Shown: positions 11,302 to 20,657 of the stretch, one piece after another | Layout: the number at the start of each line of letters is the position of its first letter | Numbering within the stretch: position 1 is the stretch's first letter | Source of the DNA: Planctomycetota bacterium | Lineage (GTDB): Bacteria > Planctomycetota > SZUA-567 > H5-PLA8 | Assembly (NCBI GenBank): GCA_038227875.1 | Contig: JBBRPR010000004.1 | Location: forward strand, 160,001 to 224,000 | Direction: 5' to 3' | DNA length: 64,000 nt | The notes under the pieces: model-generated | The model's database searches: none | What the model saw: the letters and a program-made list of their open reading frames with translations, nothing else | What the model was told of the DNA's origin: nothing | Translations under genes and position numbers: made by a program

Positions 11302-12564
11302 TCACAGCAAATACGGAATCGTCTGCGGGCCTTCCGGGAGGACGGCGATGGGGGCGTCGGTGCCGATATTCTTCAGCTCCTCGCTGATGCGCGCGGCGAT
11401 GTCGGTGATAGGCTCCAGGTGCGCGGCGCGGACTTCGTCGGGCGGGATCTCGCTGTAGAGCGCCACGCGCGCTTTTACCTGGATCATCGCCAGCAACTGC
11501 GCTTCCCACTGGTCGTACATCGAAAATCCCGGCGCGAGAATCGTGTCGAGGATCGCTTGCGGGGATTTGCCTTCGATCATCAGTTTTTTGAAATTGCCGT
11601 GCGTCGGGAAGCCATCGTTGCAGCGCGCGGCCGCGGCGATCAGGCCGCCGGGCACGACGACCTGTGCGGCCGCCGACATGCCTTTCACGGTCTGGTAGAG
11701 ATTCTGGTCGAGCGGGTAGCCGGCGTTGGTCGTGAGCACGATCGGAAAGGGCTTGGGGCAGCCGACCATCGCGGTTTTCTTCGCGAAGGCGCAGCCTTCT
11801 TCGTGAGCTTTGATGACATGTCCGCAGAAATAGCGCGTGATCTCGCGCTTGCGGTTCTGCGTGACGTTGACGAGGAAATCGACGGGCAGCAGCGAACCGT
11901 TGGCGCGGACTTGTTCCTGCGTGGGATTGTCTTTGAGTTCGCCCCAGGCGCTCTTGGGGCTGCCGATCACTTCGGCGCGGTGATAATGCATGATCGCGGC
12001 GATGTCGGCGACGGCCGGGAAGACGCCCTTGTAACCGCCGGAGAATCCCGCCATGAAATGCGGCTCGATGAAGCCCAGGACGATGCGCTTGTCGGCTTCG
12101 ACGGCTTCTTTGTTCATGTAGACGGCCCGGCCGTCGGGCGTTTTGCCGGCGAGCGCCAGGGTTTTCGGGTCGTGAGCATTGTGGTTGACGACGCGGTACT
12201 TTTTCGCCACGTTCTCGCCGACCATCACCGACAGTTCCTGCGGCGTGTTGACGCGGTGCGAACCCGTGCCGTTGACGATCGTGAAATTTCCGGCCGGGAC
12301 GTAGCTGAGCTCTTCGAAAATCCACGGCAGCAGCCGGTCGGTCGGCAGCGGGCGCGTGATGTCGGGGATGATGATCGCGACCCGGTCGGTCGCTTTGACG
12401 ATCTCTTTGAGCGGCTTAGAGCCGATCGGCGAGCGCACGGCGTCGCGAAAACCGGCGGCTTCGTCGGCCAGCCCGCTCAGGAATTTCGGCTCCAGCAGCG
12501 TGACATTCGAGCCGGGAACGTCCACGGAGAGACCGGTGGTGCCGTACTGAAGATGAACTTTCAT
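11302..12564 (-). CDS. larA: Nickel-pincer-dependent lactate racemase superfamily protein (LarA-like)
   Basis: DITRP, GSHR, PHFMAGFSGGYK, DQNLYQTVK, DQW and LPEG motifs. Confidence 0.88.
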   Translation of the reverse strand: MKVHLQYGTTGLSVDVPGSNVTLLEPKFLSGLADEAAGFRDAVRSPIGSKPLKEIVKATDRVAIIIPDITRPLPTDRLLPWIFEELSYVPAGNFTIVNGTGSHRVNTPQELSVMVGENVAKKYRVVNHNAHDPKTLALAGKTPDGRAVYMNKEAVEADKRIVLGFIEPHFMAGFSGGYKGVFPAVADIAAIMHYHRAEVIGSPKSAWGELKDNPTQEQVRANGSLLPVDFLVNVTQNRKREITRYFCGHVIKAHEEGCAFAKKTAMVGCPKPFPIVLTTNAGYPLDQNLYQTVKGMSAAAQVVVPGGLIAAAARCNDGFPTHGNFKKLMIEGKSPQAILDTILAPGFSMYDQWEAQLLAMIQVKARVALYSEIPPDEVRAAHLEPITDIAARISEELKNIGTDAPIAVLPEGPQTIPYLL

Positions 12565-12604
12565 GCGTGTCTCGCTTTTCTGGAACCCAAGAGCTTTAAA
12601 ACAA

Positions 12605-12634
12605 GAATGCCGGTTTAAGAATAAACCGGCATTC
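12605..12634 (-). terminator. Probable intrinsic terminator hairpin
   Basis: gaatgccggttta-agaa-taaaccggcattc, a 13-bp stem followed by TTGTTT on the minus strand, downstream of 12688..13542. Confidence 0.7.
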
Positions 12635-12687
12635 CGTTGAATCCAGGATAGGGACTACAGCCCCTATGTTGGCTTTTGACCACTTAC

Positions 12688-13542
12688 CTATTCCGTCGGC
12701 TTCGCCTTGGTCAGCGGCTTGAGGTACTTCGCGTACATCGGCAGCGTTTCATCGGGATCGGAATTTTCCTGAAGCGCTTCCAGCGAGAGGTAACCGCGGA
12801 AGTTGCCCGACTTGAGCAGATCGGCGACGCGGCCCATCGGCACGAAGCCTTCGCCCGGTTCGCACGGAATCAACTTGGTGCGGTCGTCGTTGAAGGAGCA
12901 ATCGTGAACGTGGACGTGGCGAACGTGATCGCAGATCGAATCGTAGGTGTCTTCGACCGTTTCCAGGACGCGGATCGGGTGGAGCACATCCCAGAGCACG
13001 CCCAGCTTCTTCGAGAAGACCTGGCTCAAGACTTCGCTGACGTACTTCGAGTGGCTGAAGGCATCGTGCGTTTCCATCAGGATCATGGAGCGCATCTTTT
13101 CCTTCTCGGCGTACTCGGTGCATTCGTCCAGCGATTCGGCGATGTAGTCGATCACGCCGGTCGTTTCCATGCCGTGCGGGATGTCGCCGCCGAAAATTCG
13201 GATGTACGGCGCGCCAACGGCGTCGGCCAGGCGCAGGCACTGCTTCACGTTTTCAATCGTCTTCAGGCGTTCCGCCGGATCGGGATTGGAGAAGGTGAAG
13301 GACGTCGAGATGCAGGAGACGGCCATGTTGGCGGCGTCGAACTGCTTGCGGACGTCGGCGAGGTAATCGGCCGGGCTGTCCAGCTCAACGCCGTGCAGAT
13401 GCCCCTTGCCGATGCGCAGCTCCACACCATCGTAGCCGTAGGTCTGCATGCCGTCGACGATTGCGGCGACAGTCCATTCCGGACAAACCCACGTGCTGAA
13501 GCTCAACTTCAAATTATACGTCGTTGCGTACGCTGTCGCCAT
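12688..13542 (-). CDS. Sugar phosphate isomerase/epimerase (TIM barrel)
   Basis: GYDGVEL, IRIFGG, METHD, WDVLH, HVHVHD, GEG, SLE. Confidence 0.88.
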   Translation of the reverse strand: MATAYATTYNLKLSFSTWVCPEWTVAAIVDGMQTYGYDGVELRIGKGHLHGVELDSPADYLADVRKQFDAANMAVSCISTSFTFSNPDPAERLKTIENVKQCLRLADAVGAPYIRIFGGDIPHGMETTGVIDYIAESLDECTEYAEKEKMRSMILMETHDAFSHSKYVSEVLSQVFSKKLGVLWDVLHPIRVLETVEDTYDSICDHVRHVHVHDCSFNDDRTKLIPCEPGEGFVPMGRVADLLKSGNFRGYLSLEALQENSDPDETLPMYAKYLKPLTKAKPTE

Positions 13543-13759
13543 GAAACCTGAAACTCCGCGCTAGAAAACAAAATGACCACCGCCGGGGGCTCGCGTTCCC
13601 ACGGGGGCTCACGATACCTTGGACTACAGGATGGAAGAGTCTAGAAACGGACAGGGTTTAAGTCAAGGCAAAGCGACGGTTGTTATTGGGAAGTTTGAAG
13701 TTAAGCTTCCGCAATCAACACGAACACCCTCCGCCTGCGCCCTCCAGGAGACACCTCCT

Positions 13760-16700
13760 ATGACCTATTTGCACCTCCCCAGTTCGCGCGAGGAGGCTCA
13801 AAATTGGAATTTCACACTCGGCGTTCCTGGATTCCGCTTCGCCGACCTCAACCGTGTCCGCCGCCTGATGGCGCTCGATGCGCTGTTCCTCGAAGACCTC
13901 ACCCAGAAAAATCCCGAGCTCGCTCAATGCTTCAAAAAACTGCGTGAAACGGCTGGCGAGGGTGCCGATCCCGTCAAGCTCAGCAATACGCTCATCCAGG
14001 TCGGCAAACACGTCGGCCCGTTCATCGCCAGAATTTTCCACATCGAAGCGCAGGCCGCGGAGCTCAACCAGCGCGCGCTGAATGAGAAAATAATCTTCCG
14101 CTGCCGCCGCGAATTTTTCGAACGCCGCGTCTACCGCACAACCGTGACGCCCGATGACGTCGCCGCGATGGATCTGCCGAAACTCGAACGCGCCTACCGC
14201 AACGCCAGCGAATCGATCCTGTGGGGGCGCCTGGCCGCCGATCCGGAACGCGAACTGGCCGAAACCGCGCTGGCGCTGCTCGACCGCGAAGCGCACGCGA
14301 AAGGCGCGGAGAAGGAAGCGGCCACGCGGCAGCTCGACGATGTCGTGAACTGGTCGCGCGCGCTGGCGTTCCATCCGAAGCTCAAGCACAAGTCGCGCGA
14401 GTGGGCGCTCTTTTTCCGGCCGGAGAAACTCGATTACGAGAACCTGGTCGAACGCCACTTCGACGATGAAAACGTGCCGACGCATTTTCACGGACCGGAA
14501 GAAACGCGCCGCCACCGCGACGGTTTCGACCTGACCGACCGCCGTGCCACGCCGCGCCAGGCGCTGGGCGAGATGGACTACTGCATTATTTGTCACGACC
14601 GCAAAAAAGATTCCTGTTCGCACGGCTTCCCGGAAGCCGACGGCAGCTTCAAGAAAAACCCGCTCGGCATCCCCATGACCGGCTGCCCGCTGGACGAACG
14701 CATCTCCGAAGCGCATTACCTGAAGCGCGAAGGCCATGCGCTCGCCGCGCTGGCGATGGTGATGATCGACAACCCACTCTGCGCCGGCACCGGCCACCGC
14801 ATCTGCAACGATTGCATGAAGGGTTGCATCTACCAGAAGCAGACGCCGGTCAACATTCCGCAGGCCGAGACCAACATCCTCACCGACGTGCTGAAGCTGC
14901 CGTACGGTTTCGAAATCTACTCGCTGCTCACGCGCTGGAATCCGCTCAACGTCCGCCGGCCCTACCCGCTCCCTTATAATGGGAAGAAGGTGCTGGTCGT
15001 CGGGATGGGTCCTGCCGGGTACACGCTCTCCCATTATCTGCTCAACGAAGGCTTCGGCGTCGTCGGTATCGAAGGGATGAAAGTCGAGCCGCTCTCCAAG
15101 CGCATGCGCGGCGCGAAGCGGCGAGTGCCTCAGCCCATTCAAGAAATCACGGCCATCGTCGGACCTCTCGATGAACGCACGATTCTCGGCTTCGGCGGCG
15201 TCTCGGAATACGGCATCACCGTGCGTTGGGACAAGAATTTTCTCGACATCAATTACATCGTGCTGATGCGCCGCAAGAAATTCCGCCTCTTCGACGGTGT
15301 GCGCTTCGGCGGCACGCTGACGATCGACGATTGCTGGCGGCTGGGCTTCGATCACATCGCGCTGGCGACGGGCGCGGGCCGGCCGACGCTGCTCTCGGCG
15401 AAAAACAATCTCCTCCGCGGCGTGCGCGCGGCGTCCGATTTTCTGATGGGCCTGCAGGGCACCGGCATCTACCGCAAGAACAGCCTCGGCAATCTGCAGG
15501 TCCAGCTTCCCGCCATCGTGATCGGCGGCGGACTGACGGCGATCGACACGGCGACGGAATTGCAGGCCTACTACGCCGTGCAGGTGGAGAAGACGCTGGA
15601 ACGCTACGAGCGCCTCGCCACGAAAATTTCCGAAGTGAAAATCCGTGCGCGTTTCGACGCCGAAGAGCTGAAGATTCTCGACACGTGGCTGGAACACGGC
15701 AAGGTCATCCGCGCGGAGCGCGCGACGGCCGCGGTGCAAAAGCGCGCGCCGAATTTTAACCAGCACATCCGCGCGTGGGGCGGCGTCTCGATCGCATACC
15801 GCAAACGCGTCCAGGATGCGCCCGCGTACCGCTTGAATCACGAAGAAGTGGTCAAGGCGCTGGAAGAAGGCATCGGTTTCGCCGAATGCCTGAACCCCGT
15901 CGAATTTGTGCCGGGCCCCAACGGCGAAGTGTCGGCCGTGCGCTTTGAACGGCAGATCGTCGAGAACGGCAAGTGGCGCAACGCCGGCGAATTTTTCGAG
16001 ATGCCCGCCAAGGCCGTGATGGTCGCCGCCGGCACGCACCCCAATGCGATCTACGAGAAGGAATTCCCCGGCACGTTCAAGATGGATAAGTGGGGCGAAT
16101 TTTTCGTCGGCCACAAGCTCGTCGAAGAAAACGGCGCGCAGAAACTCGAAGCGGTGAAGCCCGGCGAGACCGGATTTTTCACCTCTTATAATAAAAACGG
16201 CAAGCTGATCAGCTTCTACGGCGACAACCACCCCATCTACGCCGGCAACGTGGTGAAAGCGATGGCCTCCGCCAAGCATGGCTACCGCGCTGTCGCCGCC
16301 GCGTTCGAAAAGGAAGTCGAGAAACTCGATCCGACCGTTCAGTCGGACCGCGAATTGGATTGGGTGAAGTTCGTCGAAGTCCTCGACATGGAAATCAAAG
16401 CCACGGTCGTCGACGTGATCCGCCTGACGAAGAACATCGTCGAAGTCGTCGTCCGCGCGCCGCTGGCCGCACGCAATTTCAAGCCGGGGCAATTCTACCG
16501 GCTGCAGAATTACGAAAACTACGCCGAACGCGTCTCCGGATTCATGCTTGGCATGGAAGGCATCGCGCTGACCGGCGCGTGGGTCGACCGTGAGCGTGGA
16601 TTGCTGGCGATGATCGTGCTGGAGATGGGCGGCAGCAGCCGCCTCTGCGCGCTGCTGGAGCCCGGCGAAGAAGTCGTGGTGATGGGCCCGACTGGCGCGC

Positions 16701-17368
16701 CCACGGAAATTCCCGAGAACGAAACCGTGCTGCTGGCCGGCGGCGGTTTGGGCAACGCAGTGCTCTTCTCGATTGCCGCGGCGCTGAAGGAGAAGAACAA
16801 TCGCGTCGTCTATTTCGCCGCGTACAAAACCGCCGCCGACGTCTACAAGCGTTCCGAAATCGAGAAGTCGTGCGACCTGGTCATCTGGAGCACCGACTCC
16901 GGTCCGGAAATTCCTGTGCGCCGGCCCAACGACCGCACGTTCGTCGGCAACATCGTTCAAGCCATGGAGGCCTACGCCACGGGCAAGCTCGGCGCGATCG
17001 ATATTCCCATCAGCGCCGTGAACCGCATCATCACCATCGGGTCCGACCGCATGATGAACGCGGTGAAAACCGCCCGGCGCAGCACGCTGGCCTGCCACAT
17101 TCCCGAAAACGCCGTGGCCTTCGGTTCGATCAATTCACCCATGCAGTGCATGATGAAGGAAATCTGCGCGCAGTGTCTGCAGCGCCACGTCGATCCGAAA
17201 TCGGGAGCCGAATCGTTCGTCTTCTCCTGCTTCAATCAGGATCAGGAACTCGATCATGTCGACTTCAAGCATCTCTCCGAGCGCCTGCGGCAGAACAGCA
17301 CCGCCGAGAAGCTGACGTCGCTGTGGATCGACTACCTCTTCGAAGCCCGCATGGTTCAGGAAGTATGA
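13760..17368 (+). CDS. Fused GltD/NfnB-like plus NfnA/PyrK-like Fe-S flavoprotein oxidoreductase
   Basis: CIICH...C...GCP and RICNDCMKGC Fe-S motifs, GMGPAG, IGGGLTAIDTA. C-terminal FNR-like GPTG, GGGLG and PMQCMMKEICAQC. RBS AGGAG. Confidence 0.85.
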   Translation: MTYLHLPSSREEAQNWNFTLGVPGFRFADLNRVRRLMALDALFLEDLTQKNPELAQCFKKLRETAGEGADPVKLSNTLIQVGKHVGPFIARIFHIEAQAAELNQRALNEKIIFRCRREFFERRVYRTTVTPDDVAAMDLPKLERAYRNASESILWGRLAADPERELAETALALLDREAHAKGAEKEAATRQLDDVVNWSRALAFHPKLKHKSREWALFFRPEKLDYENLVERHFDDENVPTHFHGPEETRRHRDGFDLTDRRATPRQALGEMDYCIICHDRKKDSCSHGFPEADGSFKKNPLGIPMTGCPLDERISEAHYLKREGHALAALAMVMIDNPLCAGTGHRICNDCMKGCIYQKQTPVNIPQAETNILTDVLKLPYGFEIYSLLTRWNPLNVRRPYPLPYNGKKVLVVGMGPAGYTLSHYLLNEGFGVVGIEGMKVEPLSKRMRGAKRRVPQPIQEITAIVGPLDERTILGFGGVSEYGITVRWDKNFLDINYIVLMRRKKFRLFDGVRFGGTLTIDDCWRLGFDHIALATGAGRPTLLSAKNNLLRGVRAASDFLMGLQGTGIYRKNSLGNLQVQLPAIVIGGGLTAIDTATELQAYYAVQVEKTLERYERLATKISEVKIRARFDAEELKILDTWLEHGKVIRAERATAAVQKRAPNFNQHIRAWGGVSIAYRKRVQDAPAYRLNHEEVVKALEEGIGFAECLNPVEFVPGPNGEVSAVRFERQIVENGKWRNAGEFFEMPAKAVMVAAGTHPNAIYEKEFPGTFKMDKWGEFFVGHKLVEENGAQKLEAVKPGETGFFTSYNKNGKLISFYGDNHPIYAGNVVKAMASAKHGYRAVAAAFEKEVEKLDPTVQSDRELDWVKFVEVLDMEIKATVVDVIRLTKNIVEVVVRAPLAARNFKPGQFYRLQNYENYAERVSGFMLGMEGIALTGAWVDRERGLLAMIVLEMGGSSRLCALLEPGEEVVVMGPTGAPTEIPENETVLLAGGGLGNAVLFSIAAALKEKNNRVVYFAAYKTAADVYKRSEIEKSCDLVIWSTDSGPEIPVRRPNDRTFVGNIVQAMEAYATGKLGAIDIPISAVNRIITIGSDRMMNAVKTARRSTLACHIPENAVAFGSINSPMQCMMKEICAQCLQRHVDPKSGAESFVFSCFNQDQELDHVDFKHLSERLRQNSTAEKLTSLWIDYLFEARMVQEV

Positions 17369-19215
17369 TTCCCGTTCGACCAGCTCCGGGAATTCGGCGT
17401 CGCGTCGCCTGCATTGTTGCCGCGCTCGCCCTGGTCGCATTCCGCGCGCAGGGAGCGGAAATTCACGACGCCGTCGGCGACAACGATCTGCCGCGGGTGA
17501 AAGCGCTGCTCGCGAAAAATCCGGAGCTGGCCAATGCCATCGACGAACGCCGCGGCGCGCCGCCGCTGCAGTTCGCCACGAGCAAAGAGATGGCCGAACT
17601 GTTGCTCGCCAGCAAAGCGAACGTTAACGCAACCCGCGCCTCGGATGGCCGCACCGCGCTCTTCAGCGCCGCCAACGCGGTCTCATCGTATGTGTTGCGC
17701 AAGATCGGCCAGGATATTTTCTCGGAAGACATCGAGCAGATGGACCGGCTGCGCGGACACGGCAACGCGGAGCTCACGGAGTTTCTGCTGACGCACGGCG
17801 CGGAAGCCGACAAGGCCGATCACGATGGCATGACGCCACTGATGATCGCCGGCGACCGCGCCACCGCCGAAGCACTGCTCGCCCACGGCGCATCGCTTCA
17901 AGCGCGTGATAAGAAGGGGCGAACGGCGTTGCACAGTGCCACGTCCGCCGACATGGCCGAATTACTGCTCGATAAGAAACTCGACGTGGACATCCGCGAC
18001 ACCGAGGGCCTCACCCCGCTGCACACCTGCTGGGACTCGACAGTCGCGATGGTGCTGATCAAGCACCACGCCGACGTCAACGCCAAGAGCAAGAGCGGAC
18101 GCACGCCGATCTATTTTCAGGCCGGAGAGCGCGGCGTGCAGATCGCCAAGCTGCTGATCGCCAACGACGCGCGCCTGGATCTCACCGACGATGCCGGCAT
18201 CCCACCTTTAAAGGCAGTGCTGGAGCGCGGAGAATTCGACGTCGCGCAGGTCATCGCCGCCAACCGCGTCAAGACCGATGTCTTCGATGCCGCTACGCTG
18301 GGCCTGACGCAGCAGCTGGCCGAGCTGTTGAAGGCCGATCCCAAGTCCGCCAACGCCCGCGACAAGACGCAGCGCACGCCGCTGCACTGGGCCGCGCGGC
18401 GCGAGCACGCCGATGCCGTCGCGCTCCTGCTGAAAAGCAATGCCGACGTCGACGCGCGCGACGTGAACGGCCGCACGCCGCTGATCGATGCCGGCCGCTC
18501 GAAACCGGAGATCGCAAAACTGTTGCTGGAGCACAAAGCCGACATCGACGCCGTCGACGTCCAGGGCCACTGCGTGCTGGAAGAAGCAATGAGCTCCAAG
18601 TACGGCCGCGAAGAACTGGATCTGCTCGAAAAGTTCCGGCGCAAAGGCAGCAACGAACTAATCGAAGCGATCGCGCAAAAAGACGCGCCGAAAGTCCAGC
18701 AACTGCTCGACGGCGATCCGAAGCTGGTCAGCATCCGGGATTTTTCCGCCGCGACGCCGCTGCACTGGGCCGCGGTGAAAGGTTCGCCGGAAGTCGCGCG
18801 CATCCTGCTGCAGTACCGTGCTGATGTTAACGCGCTCTCCGTTGACGAAGGCACGCCGCTGCTCGACGCCGCATTGCTTCACGATAAGGCGATGGCCAAG
18901 CTGTTGATCGAAAACGGCGCGAACGTCGACGTCTTCGCCGCCGCCGCGCTGGGATTGAAGGACAACTTGCGCGACCTCCTCAAAGCCGATCCCTCGCGCG
19001 TCTGGCTGGCGATGTCCGAAGGCCAGACCGCGCTCCATCTGGCCGCGCGAACGGGAGAACTCACGTCCATCGACCTGCTGCTCGACGGCAAAGCCAACAT
19101 CAACGCCACCGACCGCAGTGGCCGCACGCCCCTCGACTACGCCCTCGCCGCACACCAGAAAGAGGTGGCGCAGATGCTGTTGAGCCACCAGGCGAAAGTG
19201 GGGAAGTTGGAGTGA
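17365..19215 (+). CDS. Ankyrin-repeat protein with signal peptide
   Basis: Many G.TPLH.AA...GADVNA repeats and an N-terminal RRR-hydrophobic-AQG signal. ATGA overlap with the upstream gene. Confidence 0.88.
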   Translation: MIPVRPAPGIRRRVACIVAALALVAFRAQGAEIHDAVGDNDLPRVKALLAKNPELANAIDERRGAPPLQFATSKEMAELLLASKANVNATRASDGRTALFSAANAVSSYVLRKIGQDIFSEDIEQMDRLRGHGNAELTEFLLTHGAEADKADHDGMTPLMIAGDRATAEALLAHGASLQARDKKGRTALHSATSADMAELLLDKKLDVDIRDTEGLTPLHTCWDSTVAMVLIKHHADVNAKSKSGRTPIYFQAGERGVQIAKLLIANDARLDLTDDAGIPPLKAVLERGEFDVAQVIAANRVKTDVFDAATLGLTQQLAELLKADPKSANARDKTQRTPLHWAARREHADAVALLLKSNADVDARDVNGRTPLIDAGRSKPEIAKLLLEHKADIDAVDVQGHCVLEEAMSSKYGREELDLLEKFRRKGSNELIEAIAQKDAPKVQQLLDGDPKLVSIRDFSAATPLHWAAVKGSPEVARILLQYRADVNALSVDEGTPLLDAALLHDKAMAKLLIENGANVDVFAAAALGLKDNLRDLLKADPSRVWLAMSEGQTALHLAARTGELTSIDLLLDGKANINATDRSGRTPLDYALAAHQKEVAQMLLSHQAKVGKLE

Positions 19216-19249
19216 GGAGTAGGTCCGAGGACGGGAGAAGGAAGAAGAT

Positions 19250-19315
19250 AATTTTGAGTTTTCAATTCTTAATTTTGAATTGCTGCCGCCGCGAAGTAAT
19301 TCAAAATTAAAAATT
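19250..19315. repeat. AT-rich heptamer array forming an inverted repeat between convergent genes
   Basis: AATT-initiated 7-mers. 19264-19281 and 19298-19315 are a 17/18 inverted repeat. Confidence 0.7.
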
Positions 19316-19349
19316 GCCGGGCGGTCGCGCCGCATAAAGCCGCAGCGCT

Positions 19350-19706
19350 CTAGTTAATCTTATCCATGATCTTCTCCGACGGCGTACGCGGCAGCTCGCC
19401 TTCGAGGATCTTGATCACGATGCCTTTCACGTCATGCAGCAGGCATGTCGAGGCCACGCCGATCAGCACGCGCGACCAGTGGTTCTCGCCATACCAGAGA
19501 TCCGGCGGCGGGTTTTTCAGCAGCGAATGCTTGATGATGTCTTCCAGCGAATCGGAGCTCGCCAGCATTTCCTGAAGCTGCGTGGCCAGCTCGGGGATCA
19601 GCTCTTCGACCTCCGTGGGCGTAAGCTCGCCGCCGCGGGGCGAATTGCGTTCGATGAACAGGTTGGCTTCGCGATACACCATCGTCAGCCATTGCGCGCG
19701 ATCCAT
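19350..19706 (-). CDS. Hypothetical protein
   Basis: 118-aa ORF with GAGG RBS and normal composition. No recognised motif. Confidence 0.65.
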   Translation of the reverse strand: MDRAQWLTMVYREANLFIERNSPRGGELTPTEVEELIPELATQLQEMLASSDSLEDIIKHSLLKNPPPDLWYGENHWSRVLIGVASTCLLHDVKGIVIKILEGELPRTPSEKIMDKIN

Positions 19707-19842
19707 GAAAACCTCTGCACTTTTCCGCGCGCCCCGTTCGTCCGCACTGGCGGCTGGGCAGGGCGCTCTTATGCTTTCCTGAAGCGGAATGTAGAGCAGC
19801 CGCGGACGAATTGCGAGTTTCGAACCCGGGACAGACTACGGG

Positions 19843-19868
19843 ACCCTGTTGCAAATTTGCAACAGGGT
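19843..19868. promoter_or_regulatory. Perfect 26-bp palindrome
   Basis: accctgttgcaaa|tttgcaacagggt in a divergent intergenic region. Confidence 0.55.
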
Positions 19869-19901
19869 GTACGCGGACGACGAATTTCAGGAGATGAACT
19901 C

Positions 19902-20459
19902 ATGGCCGTTGAAAAGCTGGACCTCAAAGCGATCTGGGAAGCCGGCGAGACCTGGGAGCAGTGGCTGACTCACACCACCGACGCCAAGCGCCGCGACGAT
20001 ATCGACAAGAATTTCAAAGACGTGACGCTCACGCCCGATGACGTGCAGCTGCTGAAAATGATCGACCGGCCCGTGCACGTGCTCGCGCTGGCGGAAGACT
20101 GGTGCGGCGATGTCCGCCGCAACGTCCCGGTGCTCGCGCGGATCGTCGCTGAAAATCCGGAGAAGCTCCGCCTGCGCCTGGTCGACAAGGAGACCAAGCC
20201 GCAGTTGATGGTTCGCTACCTTACCAACGCCGCCGAAGCGATTCCGATCATCGTCTTCCTCAACGACCAGTTCGTGGAAGTCGGCTTCTGGGGCCCGCGC
20301 CCCGCGGAATGCAAACGCCTGATGGCGCGCGGCAAAGCGGCCGGAAAAATCGACATCGCCCGCGAACGCATCGGCGCGTTCTACACCAATGACAAACACC
20401 AGAGCACCGTCCGCGAACTGCGTGGCCTGTTCACGCTCGCCGCGGCCAAAGACGTTTGA
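19902..20459 (+). CDS. Thioredoxin-fold protein (single-Cys WCGD type)
   Basis: AEDWCGD, AIP cis-Pro motif, WGPRP. RBS AGGAG. Confidence 0.85.
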   Translation: MAVEKLDLKAIWEAGETWEQWLTHTTDAKRRDDIDKNFKDVTLTPDDVQLLKMIDRPVHVLALAEDWCGDVRRNVPVLARIVAENPEKLRLRLVDKETKPQLMVRYLTNAAEAIPIIVFLNDQFVEVGFWGPRPAECKRLMARGKAAGKIDIARERIGAFYTNDKHQSTVRELRGLFTLAAAKDV

Positions 20460-20468
20460 ACTGCATTT

Positions 20469-20601
20469 CGGATTGCGGATTGCGGATTGCGGATTGGTTA
20501 AGCAGGCGCAAGGACAGGATGAGATCTTCCCGCGGTGGGGCATCACTCAGTCCTCAGTCCTCAGTCCTTCCGTTCGTCGTTTCGACATTCGACATTCGAC
20601 A
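20469..20601. repeat. Cluster of three different tandem heptamer repeats
   Basis: (CGGATTG)x4 at 20469-20496, (CTCAGTC)x3 at 20546-20566, (TTCGACA)x3 at 20581-20601. Confidence 0.9.
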
Positions 20602-20657
20602 TTTTAATCTTCTCCCTTCAACGTTCATAACCCATCACTTAACCACGAGGGCCCACC

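Noticed and set aside
13715..17098. 1127-aa antisense ORF
   Set aside because: Shadow of the GC-rich oxidoreductase on the opposite strand, with no recognisable motifs.
16870..17364. N-terminal extension of the ankyrin ORF
   Set aside because: Overlaps the oxidoreductase in another frame. The ATG at 17365 gives a clean signal peptide.
20469..20601. CRISPR array
   Set aside because: Only 7-nt tandem units with no spacers. No cas genes or repeat-spacer array anywhere in the window.
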